From Chiloscyllium plagiosum (Eukaryota): a DNA stretch of 64,000 nucleotides. The DNA lies in NCBI RefSeq assembly GCF_004010195.1, contig NC_057719.1, positions 71,874,055 through 71,938,054 of the forward strand. The letters are read 5' to 3'. Made by a program: the position numbers and the translations under genes. The notes beneath the pieces are model-generated. The model made no database searches. It was not told the DNA's origin and saw only the letters and a list, made by a program, of their open reading frames with translations. Below are positions 48,153 through 59,570 of this stretch, piece after piece (position 1 is the first letter of the stretch; each line of letters begins with the position of its first letter).

Positions 48153-50108
48153 GCTGAAAACTTCTTTATCATTTATCTGTCATATGAACCTGATTTGAGA
48201 GAAACCTAAAATCTGAATTCACACATGTTTTCAATGAAGTTATAGAATAAAATATCTGTGAATTGTTGGTGCAATAACTGTTAGTAGAATTTCAAATTGA
48301 GAATGGAAAAATGATTGTGAATAATTCAGATTAATATTATCCACATTATTTTACTCATCAATACTAAGTGCGACACAGAGTAAAAGTGCAGGCCTTATGA
48401 GCACTCACATTAGTGAGATTTACTGATTAGAAAATATTTGGGGTGTGAATGGACTTAGATATTAGTTTTACAACCTAGATGTGGCAATCGCTTCCCGAGA
48501 GATTCAAGCTTCAACAACGGCTGAAGAAGTTCTTCATTAGCATTATATGTGTGTAAATTCATACAGCATCCTCAAGCACCTGCTTCCCTACCACAATCTA
48601 ATTTTGTGTTTTTAGATGGATGACTGGAGTCACTATTTTGCTACAATATACCAAAGCCATTATTCTCAGTTATGTATCATCAGCTCTCCAAAATTTCTGA
48701 TAGTCCTGAATATATTGTGTTAGAATCTGTAGTGATGCTTGAATTGCCTTAAAAAAAGACAGTTGCTATGGTAACTGTTGTTTCCTAGCATTTTTGTAGT
48801 GTGCTTTGAGTTCATTGGCTGAGCTAGGTGCATTACCACACTTAATGTTGAACCTCATTTATTTGTCAGCCTTATGTACATTATCATTAGTGACCCTGAG
48901 TAGATATGAAAGAAATGTATCACACTATACAGCTGCATTGTTAACTCCCTCAGCTCTGCAGTAACAAAAACAAAGCTGTGGCAAGTCTCTAATTCCTTAA
49001 TTGCACAGTGAATGTGGCTTATGCAATTTTTAATTATTTTTAAGAAGCCAATGATAAAATATACATTTCAACTTTAGAAAACTCTTCCAAGTAGTACCAA
49101 AAAATTTCATAATTCAATAAATTGACCACTAACTAACTTTTATTTTCTTAATGCCTTTATTGAATATGTAATGCTGGGTTGTTTGTTTTATTTTTCGTAA
49201 ATTGAGAAATGAGGGCTGTGCTAATAATGAGGGAAAAATATACCCCTAAGCAGTGCAAAACCCGGATGATATTAAACATCAACTACTCACAGAACATAAG
49301 AGAACTGATCCAATATTCTGATGCATTCTAATACTGATCACTCTTGCAGGTTAGGAAATACAGAAATCTTTTATCATTATCAAGTTTTTCTTTGAGACAA
49401 GTAATCACATCCAAATTTTATTGTCATTTCCCTCAATTTTCTGCACCTGATCACTCCTTACATTTCTTTACTTCACCCCAAGAAGGATGCAATGAAGCTT
49501 TCCAGCTCTAAATTTCCCATGTTTACATTCGTTCATTTTTCTGAAGACAGTGTAACTTTGTATATTCATTTAAGTGAATCCCTGGTTTACTCAGCCAATC
49601 TCACTGCTATAGAAAGAGCTATTAAATGCTTTCAACAAGAACAGCATTTGAAATGTAACTTCCCTTTATGAGCTTTTAACCCAGTTTGTGATGTGGTGAG
49701 TTGTGAATGTGTACGTTGCCTTAGAAATCAGACCCAGATGACTTTAACTCCCCGGCTTTATCAAAATGCCATTAGTCCACTTCCTGCCTGAAATAGGCAG
49801 GAAGGAAGTGGCTGTTGGCTCTGCCAAATTCACTCAGGAAGTTGATGAAAGGGTTTTGAATAAGTGTTTGGGAGGGGTTGTGGTGAGACAAGGTGAGAAA
49901 ATGCTTGGCAGGAGAGATGTAATCTCGAGTGAAGATGTACAAAGTATCAATTATGGACCTATTACGTGACACACTTTTCAATCACTTCATGGTCTATCAT
50001 AATGAAGTTTTTTCATCAAATTGTAGAATTTCTGTAGATGAATATGAATGCTGTATTGCAAGTACAGACGATGTACATATCAAAGTTTATGTTGACTTAA
50101 TTATTCTG

Positions 50109-50231
50109 ATGAAGGGCTTTTGCCTGAAATGTTGATTTTCCTGCTCCTCGGAAGCTGCCTGATCTGCTGTGCTTTTCCAGCACCACTCTAATCTAAACTC
50201 TGATTTCCAGCATCTGCAGTCTGCACTTTTG
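50109..50231 (+). mobile_element. 123-bp PLE terminus insertion starting in the hammerhead core, 13-bp TSD
   Basis: TSD cttaattattctg at 50096-50108 and 50232-50244; ctg|atgaagggcttttgcctgaaatgtt. Confidence 0.9.
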
Positions 50232-50938
50232 CTTAATTATTCTGTTACTCGTGCACAAAGAGGGAGTTAATGTTAAACTGAGGTGCCAGTATAGATGAAG
50301 CTGGACTGAGGGCATGATGGAAATGATCTGCCAACCAACCATTGGTTATACGTTGGCAAACAAAAGCTGCCTTCCCTTCATTGGTGCTCCCTTTTCACTA
50401 GAGATCAAACTGGGGCTGCTCTCAGTTAAATGGAGTAAATAATTATTTGACTAGATTTGGAACAAGACTATTTGTTTATGGGATCACGTTGAAGGTTCAA
50501 TAATTTACCAAAACTTTGAAGACCAAAAGCTGCTCTTCGAAAAGTTGGGAAGAAAAAAATTAAAGTTTAAAGTGTTGGTTCATCAAACAAACAGCATCTT
50601 TTTAAAAGTATCTTAAAGTGACTGCCCAATTTCTTGCAAATCCTGAATGGTGTCACAATTTTAGGACTTTTATACACACTCTATTAAAATTTCTAGACCT
50701 ATACCACCATTCCAGAATTCCTGAAAGATTATTTGGGAAAATCTCAAGTGTCAAGAATGCTTCAGGTGAGAAATTCTTTTGAACCATCCTTTCATTTGTA
50801 CAACTAATTCTTTGGAGATCAAGCCATGTTGTGTTTTGATTCTGAAGAGAAAATGAGGTCTGCAGATGCTGGAGATCAGAGATGGAAATGTGTTGCTGGA
50901 AAAGCGCAGCAGGTCAGGCAGCATCTAGGGAACAGGAG

Positions 50939-50974
50939 AATCGACGTTTCGGGCATTAGCCCTTCTTCAGGAAT
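50939..50974 (-). ncRNA. Minimal type I hammerhead ribozyme motif
   Basis: Reverse complement AUUC-CUGAAGA-A-GGGC(UAAU)GCCC-GAA-ACGU-C-GAUU. Confidence 0.75.
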
Positions 50975-51575
50975 GAGGAAAGTTTGTCCAGCAGGCTAAG
51001 ATAAAAGATAGGGAGGAGGGACTAACCAACCCAACCACCCTGTAGCTCAACATTTCAATTCCCCCTCCCACTCCACCAAGGATATGCAGGTCTTTGGACT
51101 CCTCCATCGTCAGACCACAGCGAAACGACGGTTAGAGGAAGAACGCCTCATCTTCCGGCTAGGAACCCTCCAACCACAAGGGATGAACTCGGATTTCACC
51201 AGTTTCCTCATTTCCCCTCCCCCCAGCCTGTCTCAGTCAAATCCATCAAATTCAGCACCGCCTTCCTAACCTGAGATCTTCTTCCCAACCTCTCCGCCCC
51301 ACCCCAGTCTGACCTATCACCCTCACCTTGACCTCTTTCCACCGATCACATTTCCGACGCCCCTCCCCCAAGTCCCTCCTCCCTACCTTTTATCTTAGCC
51401 TGCTAGACAAACTTTCCTCATTCCTGAAGAACAAAAGAAGCCAAATTATATAAATATCGAGCGTTTGTCGAATTCGGTGTGTGTTTTGTCCCTTCCTTGT
51501 GACTTGCAAGTGTACAAATAAATGACACTACTGCTTCAGATTTTTGTCTCGGACTGAAATTATTGAAGTGAGTGA

Positions 51576-51608
51576 NNNNNNNNNNNNNNNNNNNNNNNNN
51601 NNNNNNNN
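51576..51608. other. Assembly gap (N run)
   Basis: Run of N. Confidence 1.
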
Positions 51609-52032
51609 GGCCACATCGGGTACAGGGGATGCAATAGATGATATGTGTGGAGGTACAGGTGAATCTGTGGCGGATATGGAAGTTTCCTTTGGGGCCTTGG
51701 AGGGAGGTGAGAGGGGAGGTGTGGGCGCAAGTCTTGCACCTCCTGTTTAAGCAGTCTTGACTATATTGATAAGACAGTGAAAATGAGATTAGATTGCTAC
51801 CCTCGTGAGATATGGCAGCTGGTCTATGAAAATTCATCTCATGCACAAGCCAAAACACACCATTTTTGATCACTATGTCCTGATAGAATCTTCTTCCCGA
51901 CCTCTCCGCCCCCACCCCAATCTGTCCTATCACCCTCACCTTGACCTTTTTCCACCTATCACATTTCCGACGCCCCTCCCCCAAGTCCCTCCTCCCTATC
52001 TTTTATCTTAGCCTGCTGGACAAACTTTCCTC

Positions 52033-52068
52033 ATTCCTGAAGAAGGGCTAATGCCCGAAACGTCGATT
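52033..52068 (+). ncRNA. Minimal type I hammerhead ribozyme motif
   Basis: AUUC-CUGAAGA-A-GGGC(UAAU)GCCC-GAA-ACGU-C-GAUU; predicted cleavage after GUC (C52064). Confidence 0.75.
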
Positions 52069-53497
52069 CTCCTGTTCCCTAGATGCTGCTTGACCTGCTG
52101 CGCTTTTCCACCAACACATTTCCATCTGTGTTTTGATTCTCTCAAGAGGGCTGGCTGATAAATTTTGAGGCAAAAATTTTTAATATGTTCCTCCCTATCA
52201 CTTGGTCTCCCCCTCAAATCAAATGGACTTCTGAGAGACATATTTAAACTTTTATTTGTGAAACATTTATGAGTTTCAGAACATCTGATGACTCTATAGT
52301 TCCCAATTCTTGTTAAAATGTTCATTTGAACTGGATCAGCTTGTTCACCTTCACTAGCTATGAGAGAAAGAGAAAGAAAGATGAGCTTTTGGATTAGCTA
52401 TTGTGTGACTTCCTGACTGGAGTTATGGAGCAGTAATGAAGTACTTCACAAAACGTGCTATTCATTCCTCCTAGTTCTTAGTTGATGATGGATTTAGAGA
52501 TGATGTAAAATGAATTTCAGAAGGATATTTTGTCTCAGATGACAAGAGCTGTGATGCTTCTACAGAACTCCTCAACTCAATAACATGCGATGTTAGAGAC
52601 TTTCAGAATTTCTTTTAGAACTGTAATATAATTTGTATTGCATCATATCAAAATATCTGATCGGGTCCACAGTGAATTATGATTTATTGTAGTGTTACAG
52701 ATTAAATATACCTATTATAATGTGAAAACAATGTATCTGAAAAATAAGGAACAACATTTCAGAATCAAAGAACATAAATATCAAAAAAAGATTCAAGATT
52801 GAAATAAAATCAAAATCTAACACAGGAAATCCCATAGTATAAAGAAAGCTAATTGTTGCTGTCATTAAAGAAAACAGTGCATTTCACAGTTATAATGAAG
52901 AAGTACTCTACAAATGTATGTTTATTAAATGAAAAGTAAGGATATTTGACCATTTCTTTAGTTAACAGAAAAAAACAAATTGAAGAAGCAATCATACTTT
53001 TACCATCTGTTTGCATTTCTAAATCAACTGAACTTTTGAACTTAGTAAAACAGAGCGGGGGTTTGAAGCACTTGGATTTTGTATTGTGTTTTTCTGGTAA
53101 GCTCCATGATGTTAGTGACAGGATGAATACGGGTTTGTTGAAGGATCCAGAGTTTAATGTCAGTACACAGTAATTTATGTACAGTACATATTGAGAAAAT
53201 TAACAACAGCCTAAATACCAACAAAACAGCCACGCAATAGGATAGATCTCATTGACCCCAGAGCAGACTCACAGCTGACAGGATAATCTCCACAAAGAAC
53301 AAGCTTTCAAAGTGCTCTTAGCTATCTGTCAATCATAGGAACATCAAAGATACACAATCATGTAAAAATTATAAACAAAGACTTAAAAGGACAGTCTGGA
53401 GGTGTGGTACTTAAGATGTCATTTCACATCTCTGTGGTTGCAGATTAAATTTCCAAGGTCAGTCAGCAACAAAATCTTATAATCACACATGATAGAA

Positions 53498-53610
53498 CGG
53501 CCCTATTGTGGAACAATGGTAATGTCTCTACCCCTGGACTGGGAGCTCTGGATTCAAGTCCAACCCAGAGGTGTGTAATAACATCCCTGAACAGGTTGAT
53601 CAGAAAACAT
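53498..53610 (+). mobile_element. Short tRNA-derived SINE-like fragment
   Basis: A-box-like tggaacaatggt and B-box-like ggattcaagtcc. Confidence 0.5.
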
Positions 53611-54752
53611 AAAAGTCACCAATCTACAGCCATGTGATCAATAGCATTTCATCAAAGTGCAGAACCTTCTCCAAAGAAAATTGTCATGTAGAATGTCACC
53701 TATGCTGTCCACCTCTTTCAGCCCTGACCTCAGTACTGTACAAATAATTAAAATGCCTGCACAGTCTGCTTAAATGAAAATCTTCTTTCATTAAGATCCT
53801 TGGAAGAAACAAAGTAAACCGAAAAAATTCCAACAGCAGGATAATTCAATTAGTACTCGACAGGCTTTCTGAAGTGAAATAACCTCAGAATAGTTCTGAT
53901 ATCCCGTCCTACCTTTATCAAAATGGGGAAATAAAAACTGGAGGAATGAAAGTTGTTTGTGGCTGGCTGGCTGCCAAATTTCCAAAGCTTTGATCCAACT
54001 TGCTTGATGATCCCATACAATATATAATCACATATTATGTCACATCTGCTACATTGTTTCAGTGTACGTTAATGTGGTTGTCACAATAAATCATAAAAAT
54101 TAAACTTCTTAAAAGCAGAGATTAATACACTTACAAGATGATCAATTAGCAAATGGCAAATTCATTTGTTTAAATTTTATTGTTATCTCCAGCATTTCTT
54201 TTGATTCCTTGTGCCTTGCAGTCATTACATCTGCAGACAGAGCAACCTGGCCACCTATACCAATTGCTTTCTGATCAGTTACTGAGTAATCTAATTTCTA
54301 CAAGGCATAGAGAAAGCCTTTTTAATGGAGTAGATTATACAAGCAAGTCCAAATTCTATGATCTGTATAATATGGCATTACCCTGAGGTCATGCTGGATA
54401 GCAGCCTAGTGCAATATTCAAAAGTTTGGAAATAAATTATGATCATGCTAAGGTCACTGAGATGGCAACTGTTTCGATATGGAGGGAATTGTCTAATCTA
54501 TTTATGAATTTTATCACACGTACTCAATTTGTGACTACTTACTGGACCCCAATCAGTTCCGGCAATGTACCACACAACCTAAGGTTACAATTAGCATGTA
54601 ATGAAATGAAGAGTGATTAAATAGAATGGTGTGTCTGTATTTTCATTGTTTTCTTGTTAGTTGTGATTTGTTTGTAACAAATGGAGTAGAGTGCATTTAC
54701 CTTTCTCTGAAGTCGCTGGACCATGGCTAGCCAATAATAATCCTGTATGAGT

Positions 54753-55423
54753 TGTTATGGATCAGGCCAGACCCCCTCAACACATTTCAAGAAAGTAGCC
54801 TGGGCCCTAACTTTGCCAGTTGTTTTGAGCAGGTAAGTAGTAGATTTTCCAGGAGTGATGCAGCTGGCCCAACCGTTTAGTTTTAATCAAAACAGAATTT
54901 ATTTGCAAGATTACCAAGTAAAAAACAAACAGAAGAGAATAGAATACAGAATAACTTAACCCATCCAAAAATCCAACAGACTATCCCAACTTAATGACGC
55001 TGTTCCAAATTTCTGCACCTATTCCCATAAACAACCCTTGGCAGATAAATTAACCACAGATCCTACAGGAGGCAGAGGGATTCAGCATGGGAGATCTTCT
55101 TCCATGTAGCTGTTTCTTGGATCAGTAGTCTCAAAACTGACTAGCAAATCAAATCAATTCAGAGAAAAGCTGAGCTGGGAGGACTGGCCACTCCCTTTTC
55201 GTTGTATAAGTGTTTTGTTTTAAACTTAAAAGCTTTCTCAGGTAGATCAACCCCAGATATTTCACATAACAGAATAGGATAGAATCCCTACAGTTTTGAA
55301 ACAGGCCATTTGGCCCAACAAGTCCACACTGATCCTCTGAAGAGTATTTCGGACCCTGTGTCTTTACGATCTCCTGGAAAAAAAAGACCAACCAAATCTT
55401 GTTAAAGGAGCGGCATCATCACA
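54753..55423 (-). mobile_element. 3' LTR of the Gmr1-like element, containing a SINE tail fragment at about 55268-55345
   Basis: Minus strand TGTGATGA...CCATAACA, preceded directly by the polypurine tract aaaggggggaa (55424-55434). Confidence 0.85.
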
Positions 55424-56522
55424 TTCCCCCCTTTAAAAAAAGAACCATCAATATCCAAAGATGGCTTCATTTTAAGACCAATTAATCTTAAGTTATTAGT
55501 ACACTACAACACCCATATACATTACATTGATAATAATTATGCTAACATGCACTACTGCATGTTGTTCCAGTCTGTTTTGCTCCTGCCACCAAATGTCTCC
55601 GTTTCTCAAATCAAGCCCCAACAATGTGTCAGCAATCACATTTTCTCGTCCTGCCCCATGTACGATTGTCAAATTGAATGGCTGTATCAACAAGCTCCAT
55701 CTAAACAGTCTGGCATTTTTGTCCTTAAATTTATCCACAAATTTCAATGTGTTATGATCAGTGTATATGATTGTCTCAGATACATTACTGGTAACATAAA
55801 CATTGAAATGTTATAATGCCAACACCAAGCTCCAAGTCTCCTTCTCAACTGTCGAATGGTTCTGCTGATGAATGCTCAATTTCCTGGAGAAATTACCCGA
55901 TAGGTCTTTCCATCTTCTTGTCATCTTATTGTAAGAGCACGACACCGACACCCACATCACTCGCATCGATAGCTACCTTGAATGGCTTTGTGTAATTAGC
56001 TGTGGCTAATATTGGAGCAGTGGTTAGCATAGATTTCAGGCAGTCAAATGCCATTTGGCAGTCCGCTGTCCACTGAAAATTCTTGCCTTTCTTTAGCAAT
56101 TCAGTGAATGAAGCAGCCACACTGCTAAAATTTGGTACGAATTTTTGAAAAAAATCCACTCAATTCCTGGAATCATAGTGCTGATTTTTTTGTCAATGAT
56201 ATGGGAAACTCCCCAACTACCATAGTTTTTGCATCCCAGGGGCCATTTGTCCACGTCCAACAACATGACCCAGGAAGGTGACTTGGGTTTTGGCAAATTC
56301 ACTTTCAGCCAGGTTTATCACCATGCCCGTCTTCCAAAGTCAATTGAACAAATCTGATAAATGTTGCAAAATGTTCCTTCCACATGAGTCTAAAAATCAC
56401 CACGTCATTAACATAAGCTACACGATTGGGTAATCCAGAACTAACCTTTTTAATTAGTCTCTGAAATGAGGCTGTCACATTTTTCATATCAAATGGCATG
56501 ACTTCGCTCTTTCGAATAAAGG

Positions 56523-58054
56523 TAAATCTCCAGGACCTGATCAGGTGTACCCTAGAACTCTGTGGGAAGCTAGGGAAGTGATTGCTAGGTCTCTTGCTGA
56601 GATATTTGTATCATTGATAGTCACAGGCGAGATGCCAGAGGACTGAAGATTGGATAATATGGTGCCATTACTTAAGAAAGTTGGTAAGGACAAGCCAAGG
56701 AACGATAGACCAGTGAGCCTGATATTGGTGGTGAGCAAGTTGTTGAAGGGAATCCTGAGGGACAGGACGTACATGTATTTGGGAAGGCAAGGACTGATTA
56801 GGGATAGTCAACATGGCTTTGTGCATGGGAAATCATGTCTCACAAACTTGATTGAGGTTTGGAAGAAGTAACAAAGAGGATTGATGAGGGCAGAGCAGTA
56901 GATGTGATCTATATGGACTTCAGTAAGGCGTTCGACAAGGTTTCCCATGGGAGACTGATTAGCAAGGTTAGATCTCACGGAATACAGGGAGAACTAGCCA
57001 TTTGGATACAGAACTGACTCAAGGGTAGAAGACAGAGGGTGGTGATGGACAGTTGTTTTTCAGACTGGAGTCCTGTGACCAGTGGAATGCCACAAGGATT
57101 GGTGCTGGGTCCTCTATTTTTCATCATTTATATAAATGATTTGGATGTGAGCTTAAGAGGTATAGTTAGTAAGTTTGCAGACGACACCAAAATTGGAGGT
57201 GTAGTGGACAGCGAAAAAGGTTATCGTGGATTACAACAGGATCTTGATCAGATGAGCCAATGGGCTGAGGAGTGGCAGATGGAGTTTAATTTAGATAAAC
57301 GTGAAGTGCTGCCTTTTGGGAAAGCAAATCTTAGCAGGACTTATACACTTTAATGGTAACGTTCTAGGGAGTGTTGCTGAACAAAGAGACCTTGGTGTGC
57401 AGATACATTGTTCCTTGAAAGTAGAGTCACAGTAGATAGTGTAGTGAAGAAGGTGTTTGGTATGCTTTCCTTCATTGGTCAGAGTATTGAGTATAGGAGT
57501 TGGGAGGTGATGTTGTGATTGTACAAGACATTGGTTAGGCCACTTTTGGAATATTGCATGCAATTCTGGTCTCCTACCTATCAGAAGGATGTTGTGAAAC
57601 TTGAAAATGTTCAGAAAAGATCTACAAGGATGTTGCCATGGTTGGAGAATTTGAGCTATAGGGAAAGGTTGAACAGGCTGAGGTTGTTTTTCCTGGAGCA
57701 TCGGAGACTGAGGGGTGACCTTATAGAGATTTATAAAATCATGAGGGGCATGGATAGGGTAAATAGGCAAGATCTTTTCCCTTGGGTGGGGGAGTCCATA
57801 GCTTGAGGGCATAGGTTTAGGGTGAGAGGGGAAAGATATAAAAGAGACCTAAGGGGCAACTTTTTCACACAGAGGGTGGTGTGTGTGTGGAATGGATTGC
57901 CAGAGGAAGTGCTGGAGACTTGTACAATTGCAACATTTAAAAGGCGTCTGGATGGGTATATGAGTAGGAAGGGTTTGGAGGGATGTTGGCCGGGTGCTGG
58001 TAGGTGGGACTAGATCGGGTTGGGATATCTGGTGCTATACATCTCTATGATTCT
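56523..58054 (+). mobile_element. CR1/HER1-type LINE nested in the Gypsy RT
   Basis: SQHGFVHGKSCLTNL, YMDFSKAFDKV, SGMPQGLVLGP, SKFADDTKIG, YKTLVRPLLEYC; splits host WQV|PLFERAK. Confidence 0.95.
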
Positions 58055-58536
58055 ACCTGCCAGGATCCTCTGAGCAAGTTTAAACTGACATATAAATTGT
58101 TTGTCTTCCAGTCTTCCAAATACAGTCTTCCAAATGTGGAATTGGATATCCATCGGTCTTGTAATGGCACTGACTTTGCGATAGTCCACACATAACTATT
58201 GGCTACCATCTGATTTTGGCGCCATTACTATGGGTGAGCTCCAGTCATTGTAACTCACTTTGATTATGCTCTCTTGGAGCATGTGTTCAATCTCATTTTG
58301 AACCTGTGCCAACTTTAGAGGGTTATGCCTATAAGGATGTTGCTTATCGGAACAGCACCCCACCTATATCTACAACACGCATAATTACGTTAGTACTTCC
58401 CAGCTTATTTCCACATATCTCCCCATGTGATGGTAATAACTCTTTCAGATTATTTCAATTTTCCTCTGGAAGGTAACTCAATAATTTATCCCAATTTTTG
58501 ACAACTTCCACATTGTCCAATTTAATTTGAGGAATG

Positions 58537-58626
58537 CTGAAAATGTGTTGCTGGAAAAGCGCAGCAGGTCAGGCAGCATCCAAGGAGCAGGAGAATCGAT
58601 GTTTCGGACATGAGCCCTTCTTCAGG
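58537..58626 (-). mobile_element. 90-bp PLE terminus insertion with hammerhead motif, 13-bp TSD
   Basis: TSD aatttgaggaatg at 58524-58536 and 58627-58639; minus strand cCTGAAGAagggctcatgtccGAAAcatcga. Confidence 0.9.
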
Positions 58627-59570
58627 AATTTGAGGAATGTCCACTTCAGAATCTCCTGATCTTGGTTCTTCACTCTGTGCCATATACATTAACACAGTCT
58701 CCTATGGCTTTCCTTCCTTCTGAAAATACTTCTGAGCACGTTCACATGACACATTCTGTGAGAATTCTTTCTGTCTGGAGTCCTTATCAAATAGTTCACC
58801 TCACTCAATTTCCTTTCGACTTGGTAAGGTCCACTAACCCGCTCTATTTAATCATGTCTGAAAATTTGACACATAGTCCAAATATGAATTCTGACTTTCT
58901 AATTCCTACTTAATCAGTTCTAGTAGTCCTCTTCCTTTATGCCCAAAACTAATTCAAAAGGACTGAATTTGGTGATTCATTTAATGCATTTCTGCTCGCA
59001 AGAACAAACAGAGTTTCCTTATCTCAATCATCTGGATAGTCTTAACTATCAGTCCACAACATGGTCTTTAATATCTGATGCCTCCTTTCTTGCACTCCCT
59101 GTGACTATGGATGGTACACTGTAGATTTGAACTGTTTTATTTATTTGTTTTATTCCAAAGCTGTCCACGATTTCTTTGAATAAATTTGATGTGAAGTTTG
59201 ACCCTTGATCTGATTATATCTCTGTGGGTAGTCCGTATCTCGTGAAAAATTTCAGTAACTCCTCTACAATCTTTTTAGCTGTGATATTGCATAATGGGAC
59301 GGCTTCTAGAAATCTCATGGGCCCATCCATTATTGTTACCAAATATTGATGCCCACTTTTTGTTTTAGGTAGAAGTCCTATGCAATCTATTAAGACTCTG
59401 TAAAAGGTTTCTCAAATGCTGGAATAGGTATTAAAGGTGTGGGTTTTATTACTGTCTGTGGTTTTCCAATTACCTGACATGTATGACATGTCTGGCAAAA
59501 TTCAATTACATCATTGTGTATTCCAGGCCAGTAAGAATGTTTTTGTATTTTAGCTTGAGTTTTTCTTCTG

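Larger units (their letters stand above)
50844..52126 (+). mobile_element. Young PLE insertion with inverted 5' terminal repeat and 14-bp TSD; interior poorly assembled
   Basis: TSD tgtgttttgattct at 50830-50843 and 52127-52140; inverted terminus 50844-51022; endonuclease C-terminus RRLEEERLIFRLGTLQPQGMNSDF; N gap inside. Confidence 0.88.
55424..59570 (-). mobile_element. Gmr1-like Ty3/Gypsy pol remnant with order IN-RT-RH
   Basis: Read 5' to 3' on minus: IN (YWPGIHNDVIEFCQTCHTCQ, SDQGSNFTS), RT (QHPYR, WSSPIV, LCVDYRKV, MPFDMKN, YVNDVVI), RH (IDASDVGVG, RLFRWSL, NVIADTL), then PPT. Confidence 0.9.

Noticed and set aside
53046..53102. Possible 51-nt plus-strand exon ending ctg|gtaagc
   Set aside because: Weak acceptor and unrecognised peptide.
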